From NCBI RefSeq assembly GCF_037042905.1, contig NC_087259.1, positions 22,010,001-22,074,000 on the forward strand: a stretch of DNA of 64,000 bases, written 5' to 3'. Origin of the DNA: Lytechinus pictus (taxonomy: Eukaryota). Both the position numbers and the translations under genes were made by a program. Shown here piece by piece: positions 38,201 to 51,266 of the stretch; the first letter of the stretch is position 1; every line of letters begins with the position of its first letter. The notes under the pieces were generated by a model. The model was not told where the DNA came from and ran no database searches. It saw only the letters and a list, made by a program, of their open reading frames with translations.

Positions 38201-40739
38201 GTAATTATAATCTCTTTCACCCTTCTATTTCCTTTCTCGTATTAATGAAATTAATTCAGGTTTAAATACACATTCAGAACGATTTATTATATCAATTTTA
38301 CCACGACAAATTATTAAAAAATTAAGTAATATTGGAATTGCGGCATTGTCTTCAACTGTAGTTTTTGTTTGTCAATATCGGACCACGTGAACAAATATCT
38401 CACGTAACCATACAAAAATGACTCCATTGTGTTCCTTATACAATGTTCTATGTATTTTGTTTCGTTTTGCTTGTAAACATTGTAATAAGATTTTTATCAT
38501 TATCCATTGCATTTTTTACATTGTATTTGTATGAATATTATCAGATTATTTTCCATATTTTATCATATCAATTTATGAATTCATCTATGGGAATCCTTCA
38601 CACTGTTTATCATTAAGAATCATTTTATTTCAGCGAATGTTCTGCATTATGATTAATAAATGCACCTACCTGCATGTGAAGGGACTCTCTTTAAATGCAG
38701 ACCGGGTTGGCTTGGATGGGGCGGTCTTAACTTTAGAAACAAAACAACAACAACAACATCTCTAATTTCACTTTCTTGATTAAGGCTGCTCCTGTAGTCG
38801 AGGAGGAGGAGGCATACGATCCCTTTGCATATATCGCCAACTTATTCAAGGAAAAGACCCAGCAGGCCTTGGACTTAGTGCAGGAGGGCCATGCTAAAGT
38901 GAACGAATTGTTTACCAGCTTAGAGATACCAGCCATCCCGGGCGAGGACCAGTACCCATCTGCTGAACAACTCAATGCAGAGTTGGTTGCCCTAACTGAG
39001 AATATTGATGCCCTGTCTGAGCAAATCAAAGAACGCATTCAGACTGCCATTGATGGGTATGTTTTACAGCGTAAAAACGTTGTTTAAGATTTTAAGAACG
39101 TTGTTTAAACCAGTCACTGCAACAACTATTGTGTAAAGCTTTAAACAAGTTGTTTAAAGTTTGTTTAAACAATTTGTTAAGCTTTAAAAAAGTTGTTTAA
39201 AAGGTTTAAACAATTAAACAAAAGTTTAAACAATTGTTCAACAGTTTTAATTACTTTTTGTTAGAGTGACTGGTTTAAACAACGTGCTATTTCTTTTACC
39301 GTTTACAATGTATACATGTTTCAATCCGGAAAAAAAAGTTAGGCGAGCCAATGAGGGCGTGTCCCAAGTAAATGATGATTTCTTGACTATTCGAAGAAAA
39401 TGAAGTGATATATTTCATAGAATGTGTTTGGATTTACAAAATAAATCCTAATAATTGATTGTTCTTGAAATTTTTTTTTCTCTCTCTCTCGCTACGATCA
39501 CGCATGAATTATAAATTTGAGGAGGTTTCAGATCACAGTCACCCTTATTCTAGCAGCTAGATGTCGTTGATATTTTTGGGTATCGATATGTCCGTTTTTG
39601 CATGAGAGTTTATATTATAATTTATTTATTTTTGTTTTAGAGACAATTATATTCCGAGGAAAATAATCACTTTGTCGCTCGTTAATAGAGTTTTAAACGG
39701 TGATGTGACAAAGTGCTACCATGCAAAGAGTATAACATTCGGAAGATAATGAGCGAAAATGTATCGCTTATTAGATATCTTTGGCTTATTATATATTTTT
39801 TTTACGTATGTTTATTCCACAAAGTTCCATATTTTTATCGGTAAGATGTTTTGGGAAGCATATGAGAGGGGCAAACATGCACTAGTAGGGCATATATAAC
39901 AGTGAACAAAATGTTTGATTAGACAACGGTTTGGCTCTCGTCTGTTTTGGTGACAAATTCTCACTTCCTGTACAACTCTATATCGAACAGATATATCATG
40001 ATAAATCTACAATATTATCTACTTATACATTTTAAATGATATATATTTCATCACATCAGTTCATTAATCCCATTACATTTAAATTAACTTACATCATAAT
40101 ATACGAGCCAGCACAGCGAGTGAGAAAAATAAGCATTTCTTAATTATGGAATGGATTTTTAAATCTATTATCGAGATTAAGTTTACACTACGATAAGCAT
40201 TTGTCATCAAATTAATAAAAAAGAAAAAGCTTCGTGGTCCATAGTTGAATCTTAAAGACCCAATAGAGAAATGAGACCATGACATTGGGTTACAGCGTAC
40301 ACTCGTTAGGTCTCTAGGGGAGAATGGGGTAGAATCAAGGTCATAAAACACACATGAAATGACAGAATGGGTTTTATTTGTCAAATTCGTTCTGCGTCTG
40401 TTTAGATTTTCTGTTAATCAATGTTGAACATTCGTTCTTAAATTTTTTTTGCTGATTCTGAATTTTTAAGATTATATATATGAGATAAGAAAGAATGAAA
40501 GAAAGAAACATTTTGAAGAAAAAACTGTAGATCTAACGTATAATCGCGACAGAAGATAATATTTGCAACAAATCCCGTAAATATAATCAATGATATTTGT
40601 TAATCTTAATTTCTTTTTCATTTTATTTAGACTCAACTTTGACCAATTTGACTTAGACGGTGAACCCGAACCCGATAGTGAGCCAGAACCAGACAGCGAG
40701 CCAGAACCAGAACAACCTAGATGGTCTTGGCCTTGGTGA
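38144..40739 (+). CDS. Uncharacterised 145-aa secreted acidic amphipathic-helix protein (apolipoprotein-like architecture), 3 exons
   Basis: Exons 38144-38200, 38785-39056 and 40631-40739 join in frame: MKVSMIIACLAIVPFIVAQ|AAPVVEEEEAYDPFAYIANLFKEKTQQALDLVQEGHAKVNELFTSLEIPAIPGEDQYPSAEQLNAELVALTENIDALSEQIKERIQTAIDG|LNFDQFDLDGEPEPDSEPEPDSEPEPEQPRWSWPW*. ATG in gccatcATG context; signal-peptide-like N-terminus. Confidence 0.85.
38785..39056 (+). CDS. Secreted-protein exon 2 (two amphipathic helices)
   Basis: ttaag acceptor, GG|gtatgt donor; open frame with coding-like composition. Confidence 0.87.
39066..39303. mobile_element. Foldback element with many gtttaaac palindromes
   Basis: cgttgtttaaaccagtcact / agtgactggtttaaacaacg. 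Confidence 0.65.
40631..40739 (+). CDS. Secreted-protein exon 3 (EPEPDS repeats, PRWSWPW*)
   Basis: Strong polypyrimidine tract and tttag; phase matches exon 2. Confidence 0.8.
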
Positions 40740-40946
40740 TTCCATCTTTAGGGATTAGGTCCTTAGATGCCACCTCTAATAATTTAATTGAATAGCATGC
40801 GCCTCATTGACAGTTTGGTCCAGATTCTCGCGGAGATAACTACAACAAACATGTTCATCGCGATCGACCCTCATGAATCACATTTTGTTGTCTGCTTGTT
40901 ACAAAGAGGGAATTATACAATCACCATGCCTTATTTTGACATATTT

Positions 40947-41165
40947 CACAGTAAAAACGCTGTTTAAGATTTTATACAACGCTGTTTACTATATGAACCT
41001 TACAGTATTTGTTTAACCGTTTAAACAATTATGTTTAATTTATTGAAGATTAGATACTGAAAATTAAACTTTCTTGCTTAAGATTTAAACACTTGTTTAA
41101 ACTGTTTAAACAATTACTGTAAGGTTCATATAGTAAACAGCGTTGTATAATTTTTTTTTACTGTG
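40947..41165. mobile_element. Foldback MITE related to the 39066 element
   Basis: cacagtaaaaa ... tttttactgtg termini; long IR acaacgctgtttactatatgaaccttacagta. Confidence 0.72.
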
Positions 41166-41819
41166 TACGTATAAAACATAAATTTGTGACGCCACAGGGT
41201 AAATGTCTTTTAATGATGATAAAAGTTTGATCGCCATGTTAGCTATTTTGGAAGAAGATTATTTATTACGGATAGTGAAATTTGATAAAATATGATAATG
41301 TATTTGGTAATAAATTTTGTTTAAATTTCCACACCCCTGTCTGAATTTGTCTGAAACTTTTAAGAGTCGGCAGTCAAACATTAAGATTCGACTTGATTCT
41401 GAGAATGAGTATAATGCTGATACAGATTTGCCGGTGGATTTGTCTTTGATTGAAATGTGGATTTCGGGTTCTTTTGCTGATACCAATACGAGAGAGCTTT
41501 AGCACCGCGACGCACAGCGCTTTCAAGAACATAGAAAATGTATTCAATGCCCTTCATTTCAAATGGCAACAAAGAAGTCTTTGTCGATAATTGGTGAATC
41601 AAATCAGCAGTTTCGTCCTGGACCCTTGACAAACGATGCAATTATTTGTCAGCTCCGAAACTCAGGATGAAACTGCTGTTCCGGTTCACCATTTTTTGAC
41701 AAAGACCTACCAGCTGTCCATTGTAATTTGACAGGCATTTTCATTACATTTACTTTGTTCTTGAATGTGTCGTGTGTCGTGGAAGCAAAACCTCCCTATT
41801 CATTTGTATTAATCATCCA

Positions 41820-42095
41820 GGGCCCTGTCTTACAAAGAGTTACGATTGATCCGATCAATCGTGACTCCGCTATGGAAATCCATCAATGTCATAATTTTTT
41901 CTGTAGGAAATATGCACAATGTCCTTTGTAAACAAAAAGAAGCACATGTGAATTTTCAAGAAAACAATGAATGCATGAATATACATCATACTTAGGAAAT
42001 ATTATGAACAAACATGAATAATACATGTTGACGTTGCTGGCCGTCCATAGTTGCGATTGATCGGATCAATCGTAACTCTTTGCAAGATGAGGCCC
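41820..42095. mobile_element. MITE family B (PIF/Harbinger-like)
   Basis: gggccctgtcttacaaagagttacgattgatcc ... ggatcaatcgtaactctttgcaagatgaggccc. Confidence 0.75.
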
Positions 42096-42236
42096 TGATT
42101 GACTATTATGATCATGAGTGAATGTGTGGATGCATGGTGAGTGGTTATGTTGGTGGATGGAAAGTGGTGGGTGATTGGGTGTTGATAGGTGCCGGATGGT
42201 TTGGCCGAGTTGATGTTGGGTGAGGTTGGGTGGGGT

Positions 42237-43749
42237 CATGGGCGGAAATCCCAGGGGACAGGGGGGACGCGTCCCCCTACCATTTTGGAAAGGGGGGGGG
42301 GGACATAATATCAAATATCCCCCTACTATTTGTGGTCTTTTATTATGGAAAAAATACATAACTCAAAATCGAAATTATACACATGTATTCTAAAATTTCG
42401 AAATATATTTAAACAGATAGTTTTTGTTAAGAACTTGGATAGGAAAAGAAAAGGCATACCGGCCCGACTATTCTCGAACTCGCATCTAGCCCTATATGCC
42501 AGCCAAAGACTGATGGCATTGATGACATCGATGGCCATTGTCAATGTCATAACTAATAAAAATGAAAAAAAGAAAATCACCTCTGGATACTTATAAGTAA
42601 ATTTAGTGCATAGATGGTAGACGAGAATGTTCCATACCAGTAAAAAAATACCTTTCTTTGTTAAACCAATTCATTTTCCCTTTATTCCAAATTTATTTAG
42701 AATATATCTTCATTGTTCGCATACTCAGTAAAAAGAATAGCTTTCATGAGTTATGGTTAATCCTTCACAGTGAATTTTAACTATGTTTAATCCCCCAAAA
42801 TTTGTTTTTAAATACTCTATTATTGAGACTTTTATATTCCATTTTTACACAAAATTCCTACCGTGGGAGGGGTCATCATAGTTAGATCAAGGGGGCGAAG
42901 CGGCGGCCCGCCCCCTATTGGCGGCGCAAAATTAGAAGGTGAGGAGAAAAATAAAAAGAAAGATAGGACGAGGAAGAAAATTAAATGATGGAAAGGAGGG
43001 GAATAATTGGAAAAAAGAAAACTTTCAGGTCATAGTACAAAAATAAAAAAAATTCGCTCGCGCTTTGCATTAATACGCAGCCATATCTTTATTTCAAAAC
43101 GTGCTTAGAAATTTTTTCACTTTTTAGATCGAAATATATAAAATCAAATAATTTATTTAGGAAGATATCCATCTTTTTCATAAGTTGTAGGTTTAAATCT
43201 TTAAAAAAATTTGCTTGCGCTTTACGCTCACATTGCTTATTGAGATAAACTGCTTTTTCTTTATTTCAAAAGTGCTTAAAAGATCCAGTTTTCAGATCTG
43301 AATATAAAAAAATAATTTCGCGCTCGCATCAGTAATATCGTTGAGTCAGATACTACCCTGTTTATTGCTATAAGGTAAAAAGAAAATGACTTTTTTGGTC
43401 GGAAAAAAAAAAAATCAGGATATATTATACGCTTCGCGCTCACATTAATTAAAATTTAGTTAAATAGCTAACCTGTCCTTCATTTTAAAATATACTAATA
43501 ACACCAATCATTTAGGCCGGAAATGACATATCTTCAGCACACACTTAGCGCTTGAATCTAATATTGTTTAGTAAAATTCCTATCCTGTTCATGATTTGAA
43601 AAAGTGTTCAGATTTTCCACAGCAGTTTTAGGTTGGAAAATACAAACTTTCATATATATATATATATGTTTGAGTTATTAATTCTGTAGAACATAAACAC
43701 GGAAAACTCAATTGTGTCCCCCTACCTTCAAGGAGAGATTTCCGCCCAT
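42237..43749. mobile_element. 1.5-kb non-autonomous DNA transposon (hAT-like ends)
   Basis: TIR catgggcggaaatc / gatttccgcccat; internal gctcgcgct-type motifs; splits a GT/GG-rich tract. Confidence 0.65.
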
Positions 43750-45848
43750 TGGGGGTGGGGGTTGGGTATGTGAGTTGTTGATCAGTGTGTGAATGAAAGT
43801 TGAGTGGGTGGGTTAGTGTGAGTCTTGATATGATAATGGACACAGCCAATGATCTTACTCTTGCAGTCTCGCAAAATGTTTTCAAAATGCATCCCCATAA
43901 TAAAAACACATAAATACCTGTCCTAAATAAAAGTTTAACTTTTATTAGAATGTATACAATGTTATAATGTAAGCAATATACACATATGTAAATGTACATA
44001 AAGTATCAATAAATTCCCCATCAACAGTACAACATAGCATTACACCAATCACCATACACATCCAAAACCACTGATAATGTTTCAGGCAGTCAAGTGTCAA
44101 ATTTTCACCGAAAAATTGGACACATAAAATTTTGCTATTTCATATCCTAACTTAATTTAGGAAAAAAATCATCCAATATCAAATTGAACAATAACTAATG
44201 ATCAGAAGTCTATGGCATAAAAAAAATACTTTCTGTATCTGATTAATATTTGTGTATTGAGAGGTTCAGTATTGTGTCTGTTTGGTATGAATTTAATTTA
44301 CGATTTGTAAAACCGGCTTTGATTTTGAGTACTAAAATAATTTTTATACATCATTCAATATTCCATTCCAGAGTCTTGTTTTGAAACCTCAAACTGAACA
44401 CAACACAATATTCAGTGACAGAATATAAACTTTGCAATAGCTTTTACAGTGTTAAAACTAATAAGATAATCCATTAATTTTGGTTAAAAAGTGATCTTTA
44501 GCACATAGGAATTCCATGTTAAATACTTTACACATATTTTAGAACCCAAAAAATGAAATAAAAAGGTGATGTTAACAAAAATGGGATAAAAAAATCTTAA
44601 GTAGATGCCTGAAGATGGTAATTACCATCAAACATCCTTCAAATGTTTTGGGTTGTTTTTTACCCCATAACATTAAGATAGCCTCTGGAATATCCAAACA
44701 CACTGTTGCTAGCAAAATATGGTGTTCCAGTTGGCTTTCCATAAATCCATATTCTTTGTATAGTCATTTGTAACATATGGAAAGCTGTATACAAATAATG
44801 CATGCAGCCGAGTGCGTAAGTGGAAATGCAGAGCACGCGAGGTTTCTTTGGATAGGTGCCGCACCGTGCACGAGCCGCTGGCGGCGAGTGCCCAGTGTGC
44901 ACCATCTGAAGAAACCGAGCTTTCTCTGCATTTACTTTTACGCACGACAGAGCAAGTGCATTATTTGTTTTATAAAATAGCAACACAGAAACAAATTCTT
45001 AAAAAGTTACAGTACAGTTTTGTTGGACTAATTCTCCCAGGACTTCTACCGCACTGGTTTGCTTGAGCGTGCAATGTCAATTTTCGTTGCGCACCTTTTG
45101 CACTGCCGTGCAGTGCACCAAAAAAGTTGGATGTCATTTGATGTGTATTGGCCAATCGCGATGCTTGACATAATACACCTATTTTATAATATTGAATAAC
45201 TGCCATGCTTGCTATTGTGTTTGAGTCTCTTCTCAGTCATTATGTAGGTTTATTTTGATAATATATGCATTAAAGAAATACTATCATCATAATCCACAAT
45301 CAGGGTAATGTAACAAAAGACCAAGTATATGGATAAGATATATGACATATCATAGTCCATGAAGTTACTTGACACACAACAAAACATCATTTTGCTGTTG
45401 GTGCTGATTATATCTATACTAGCTCAAAACTTAATCACAAAACCATTTAAAAAAAAACTTAATATTATCCAGAATCCCATCTTAACAGATAAATACAGTC
45501 AAAAGACAAAATGATGAAATTTTGGGTATGAAAAAATATAAGAAATAATTTTCATTAAAAAATCTTGCAATGTAAACCCCCAAACGTACCGATAAACTAA
45601 GTCCACATGCTATAAAAAATAACCAATTACAATTCTCAAAGAAATGATTTCCTGCTCACCCTTTTCTTCAACATGTATAGCACCTACAACTCCTGTATAA
45701 TCAAGGCACATCAAAGTAAAATGGTTTCTGCTCACACAAACACTTATTTGGCAAGGATAGCTTTGAAGATCAGAGATTATCAAGTAATTGAAACTTATTC
45801 AACAATGACTAAAATCTCCTTCAGTTCATATCCAACTATGGAAATATA

Positions 45849-46668
45849 CAGTGCGTCCCACAAAAAATGAAACCGAGAATTATCGACAATTTGTCATAAC
45901 TTAATCGCAATTACAATAGACAAATGACCTACCATTTTAAAGCTTAGAATCTCCTCTTTCATCTGAAATTACTTAAATTATTTCTCATTCACGCATGAGT
46001 GGGCAAAAACAATTTGAAAAGGGGATACCAAAAAGCCACTTGGCGGGCCGTATCTGGGTTTCAAAAAGAAAACCACATTTTTAAAAAGTTCAATATCTGC
46101 TCTTTAATTTGATACCTAAATTACAGAAAATGGTCAAGAAATAACAAAGTTCTGGTTATTTGAAATAAGGCTTGAATTTCAATAATTTCATAAAATGAAG
46201 AGGTTTTACAGGCTAGCGTTCAAACTCACTCGACACTCCGTTTTATTGACGATCAGCCATGCATTAAGTCTTTTGTTACCGTGCGATAAGCTTCAGTGGG
46301 AAACCGGTGAAAACATGTTTATTTAATAAAATTATGGAAATACAAGCATTGTTTCAAGGGATCGTAACTTTTTTACTACTTGACCATTTTCTATGATTTA
46401 GGTATCAAAGAAAAGAGAAGATATTGAACTTTTTAGTCATGTGATTTTCTTTTTGAAATTCAGATACCCCCCGCCAAATGAGTATTTGGCATCCTTTCTT
46501 CGAATTGTCTTTGCTCAATCATGCGTGAATGAGGAATAATCTAAGTAATACCAGATGAAAGAGGAGATTCTAAGCTTTACATTGGTAGGTCATTTGTCTA
46601 TTTTATTTATGATTAAGTTATGATAAATCATCGCTAAATCTCGGTTTTGTTTTTTCTGGGACGCACTG
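45849..46668. mobile_element. Tc1/mariner-type non-autonomous element, 820 bp
   Basis: TA target duplication; CAGTGCGTCCCA / TGGGACGCACTG ends; long imperfect TIRs. Confidence 0.85.
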
Positions 46669-46771
46669 TATATATATTTAAAACAGTGAACAAAATAGCC
46701 AGGGAAACTTGCGTAAGTTGACTTCCTGTAAGTCCAAATTTTGCCCATGTCAAAGCAATGTTTTAGACCCA

Positions 46772-46918
46772 AGGCCCATTTCATAAATCTTGTAATGATA
46801 ACAAATTCACAATAACAGTTTTAAGCTACTGAAATCATTCGATTTGATTGGCTGATAGTAAAATTGTTATAGAAATTGTGCATTTGTTATTATAAAAAAT
46901 CTTTATGAAATGGGACCC
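46772..46918. mobile_element. About 150-bp MITE family C
   Basis: ggcccatttcataaa ... tttatgaaatgggaccc; body matches the 32382 copy. Confidence 0.7.
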
Positions 46919-49900
46919 AAATTAGAAAAAAAAGGTGATATATACCTCGTTTAAGTTGAATTTCTCCTATTCAACTAAAGCAAAGTTACCTGTTTTAAAT
47001 ACATACATCCAAACTAGGGTGTAGAGGGGGTCTGAATGAATATACTCCTTTAAAGATGTTCCGCTAAATCTAAAATCTAAATAAAAATGCAAATATACAT
47101 ATTTCAGTAATGAAAATGAACAAATATATGTGTTTTGATACCCTCAATAATGACTACCGGTACTATAACTAATTTTGTGCTACAGTTGGAGTTTAAAAGA
47201 GTAAATATCTTGCAACTAGCAGAAAGACCTGAAATTTGAAGGAAAAACAAAAGGTTTTCTTCAATAAACAAAATACATGAACTATTACTTGATGATGATG
47301 AGAGTGAGCAATATTGATATGAAATTAAATACTGAATATTAACCTAGTACAGAGCATATGTAGACATCTACCAACTCAAGTTACTTAACCACAACATAAA
47401 TAGCAACAATAACTTGTTCTTTTTGAAAAATAAATTTGTTGATTATACATTATATGTAGCACAATCAATGATTATTTTCGTAAAATAAGAATCTGAAATC
47501 GTCCATTCTTTTTAAAAACAGAACAAGAAAATTTAAATCAGATGCAAGGTTATTACACAGGTGAATTAATGTCAACATCACTATTCTTGATACAACAACC
47601 CAGGAATACATAAAATGACTTACTTCAGACAGGTGTCATTGAATAATGCCTATCATTAATGGATGCTTTGTAAATCCTTAAGATGAACATATACAATGTA
47701 TGTATGTTACCATAGTTTCCATCGATAACAAAGTTGAAATAAATATGATATGTATCTTCTGTGCAAAGGGGATGTTTAAAGTTATTGAATAGGGTCAGTT
47801 AACAATTATGTCAGTGAATGAAGAGCTTGGATAAAAATAATTCCATAATCATCAGTTACAAATAAATGTATGAATACAGAAAATATCAAAATGTTGGACA
47901 AATCATGCAACGAAGGGCCCAACAACATGTGATATTCATACCTTGCAACAACAACAAAAAACGTAGTCCAAATTACATGTATAGTTATGGATGATTGTTT
48001 CTATGAAGTATATAAAATATGACATAATAATGGTGGGTCATTCAGAGATACATGTATAAGATCATAAGCAATAAGCAAACCCTGAGTAATATATTTTATT
48101 ACCAAAGGAACATCTAGAGAATGTGAACATATCACACACCTTGATAGCTTACGCAACACTGAAGCATTAGTTATGTCATTGGTTAAGCATGTAGTATGTA
48201 AATGGCCTTGTTCACACTTTGTCACTATGAGTTGTGTAGCATGTGAAGTTTGTCATCACTTGTGAATAGGGGCACCGCTAGGGAATTTTGATGTGGGGGG
48301 GGGGGCAATCTTTCTTTTTTTCTTTCTTCCTTATCATCCCTCTTCTTTTTCCTCCTCTTTCTTTACTAATCGAAAACTAATAAGGGTGGGTAGTTTGTGA
48401 AATAACCCCATCCCCCCATATCACTGCACTGCTTACGAATGACTCTTACATTTCATGTTTGTTGTATTTTTAAAAGTACATTGCAAACATATATTCCTAA
48501 TAAGAACTGAAACATACAAAACAGTTCCAAACGTTTTTTAAACCAACAATCTTCTTTCTTTGCTTCCTATCCATCCCGCTTTTTTCCTCCTTTTTTTACT
48601 CATTGAAAAACCATAGGGGGATGGTGGTCAACACCCCTTCCCCCACCCCATGGCCCTGCCCTGCTTGCTAACGACTGAAACATTTCATGTACAAATATTG
48701 TCATATGTTTTATTTAAAGTACATTACATATATAGTTTGCTGATAAGAATTGAAACATACAACACGGTTCCAAATGTTTTTTTTCTTTGCTATTCATAAA
48801 TATCTCGCTAATTGCATGATGTCAGTACATGTAGATACCCATGAACATGACCAAGCACTGTTAATTTCATCTGTTTCATGTCTCTCTAAACTGCATCGAC
48901 ATCTGATAACTGACAATAAGTAAATAAAACACAACTTACTATAATGGAAGCACTGCAGTAAAACAGATAAAAATTCATCTTGATATTTGTGTAATCATCA
49001 TAATGTCAACCAGTTGACTAAAATATTCCCAAAATTTCATAGTCATGATATAGGGATCACCAGTGCCCCATTTCATAATGCTTATTTATCAATATTGAAT
49101 CATCAGCCTGTCAACAGAACCTAGCTATTCATTGTCTGATGGCTAATTCAGCCATTGAAATTGTGTATTATGATACCAATTTATATGAAAAAGATATGGA
49201 TCCCTTTAATCAACAGTTCCAATGATGTTCACACTAAAATCCTTGTTAATTGTGTATGACACATGAACACCACATCAAAAAGTATTGTATTTCAGGACTG
49301 AGCAATACAATTTCTCATATACATATTACTATTCAATATCATGTTGGCACGATTTGAAGCCTATCTATTTCCCTTTAAATTTACATTGATGCTCCATTCC
49401 CAACAATTAAATAATCATGGAACACGCATATGATCGTGAGCCAAAATCTAAAGCAATATGCAAAGTTCATGAAACAAACGAATGTTCCCCCAATCGGCAA
49501 AAACCAATGCATTTTTAGCAACAATGATCTTTTCATTAGTCCCACATACAGATCCAACATGCATTTTACAATAAAGCAATCTTTACAAATCATCAATGTA
49601 AAGGGGAATAAAAAGAAATTTCAATCATACAGAAAGCAAGTGTGATGATAGAGTAATAAGAGAAATATAATTTCTTAACCTGAATTGCAAACCTTTGGAG
49701 GGGTATAATAACTAACAATATAACAAATTAACCTTGAGCCAGATTGCAATTCTAATATAGCTCATTCATGATTTACAACATATAATTCATTCAACAAATC
49801 AAATATTCTTCATAAATAATTCGTACAAAATAATTTATACATCTGGAAACAAAATTCATCACCTTTAATACAAACATGTCTGAATCAGCAGGAAGAAGCA

Positions 49901-50915
49901 ATAGTAAATTTGCATCAATTTGTCAAATTGTTCTCTAATTACTTTGGTGGAACCTCATTCACATTTGACTGCACTAGTGCAAGAATGCACTGAACAACAA
50001 GTTTTGTGCATAGCATAGCACAGTCAGGTACCATATGCACTAAGAGCCTCATATCCTTTCATAAATTTGGTAAGTTTGACAGAAACTATGGCTTGTGCAT
50101 TGCTGAAATGATTGCACCAATTTGCTGATGTCGACCAGCGAGCAGAATAATTGGGCAAAAATCACCATTTATGTGGCAAAACATCTGTCAGCCAATCAGC
50201 TTTCATGATTTCAGTAGATTATCACCATAGTTGTGATGTGATATAAATTGGGTTCCAGAAGAAACTGATGAAACTTTACAAGGGCACTGTATAAATTCCT
50301 CTCAGTCAAAATGAACAATATTTCTTCACAGGCTAGCTTCAATAATCGTTACCAAGCACATGTTAACAATTAAGAGATAGATAGCCCTCACATGAATTGG
50401 TTTCAAAATCCAAAGGAAAAAAAAAGCAAAAGAAAGGCCAATGAAAATGAGATGAGATTAAACAAACTTCCAAGTTTATTACACATGTCCTTCACAGGCA
50501 TGTGTAGTAGCTACAGGAAATTAACATCAAAATTTTAAATTTGTGCAATGCCCTTGCAAACTTTAAGCAGTTTCTTTTGGAACCCAGTTTATATTAAAAC
50601 AATTTACGAAAGATTGCCTGGATGCACTTTGCCGGCGGTGGAGCTCATAATGGAAATCATCACATGTCCGATTCCCTGTCATGGCATTTGATAGGCTTAT
50701 TGCACAGAGTTTGATCTTGACTAAAACAAAACCAAACGCAACTCCCAAATGCATGATTTTGATTGGTTGAAAATCAAGTACACTTGGAATTCTGGAGTTG
50801 CGTTTGTGATACTCTTTGTGATACCAGCCCTTGATTAGACATCACCATCATACCATGACATGAGCAAATAAGGCTTCAAAATCTTCTTACCAACATAATT
50901 TCATTCATACTACAA

Positions 50916-51266
50916 TTATTGCACTTGATTACCTCGACCATCTCTCACCGGTAGCGGATGAGCCTCAGTGTTGAATACATATTTATCTAGCGGTATTAAG
51001 TTCGGGTCATCGCTGAATATAAGGAATAAATACTTTAACGTTTCACCTAAAAAGAAGCTCTCCATTTTATCCCTCATGTTGACGTTATCAGGGTTTTTGA
51101 CATTACCGATGGACGAGTAGCCACCGCCTGGTATCTTGGTGTACTTCTCAAAGGCTTGGAAGATTTTCCAGGCCCACTCCCTGTAGAAGTTTTGTCCCGT
51201 GATGCGGTAGAGGTAGAAGAAGCTCTCGATGGTCTCTGGTCTGAGCAGGTTGTGTGTGTCTGCAGG
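50916..51266 (-). CDS. MAN1B1: MAN1B1 last coding exon
   Basis: [11 protein letters not shown]...[19 protein letters not shown]; stop at 50918-50916. Confidence 0.96.
   Translation of the reverse strand, partial: PADTHNLLRPETIESFFYLYRITGQNFYREWAWKIFQAFEKYTKIPGGGYSSIGNVKNPDNVNMRDKMESFFLGETLKYLFLIFSDDPNLIPLDKYVFNTEAHPLPVRDGRGNQVQ

Noticed and set aside
37900-39038. Minus-strand ORFs of 106 and 101 aa
   Set aside because: Antisense shadows of the secreted-protein gene and its promoter
44660-45206. Cluster of overlapping ORFs in a CpG-rich patch
   Set aside because: No recognisable protein motif or splice structure; more likely a TE remnant or regulatory DNA
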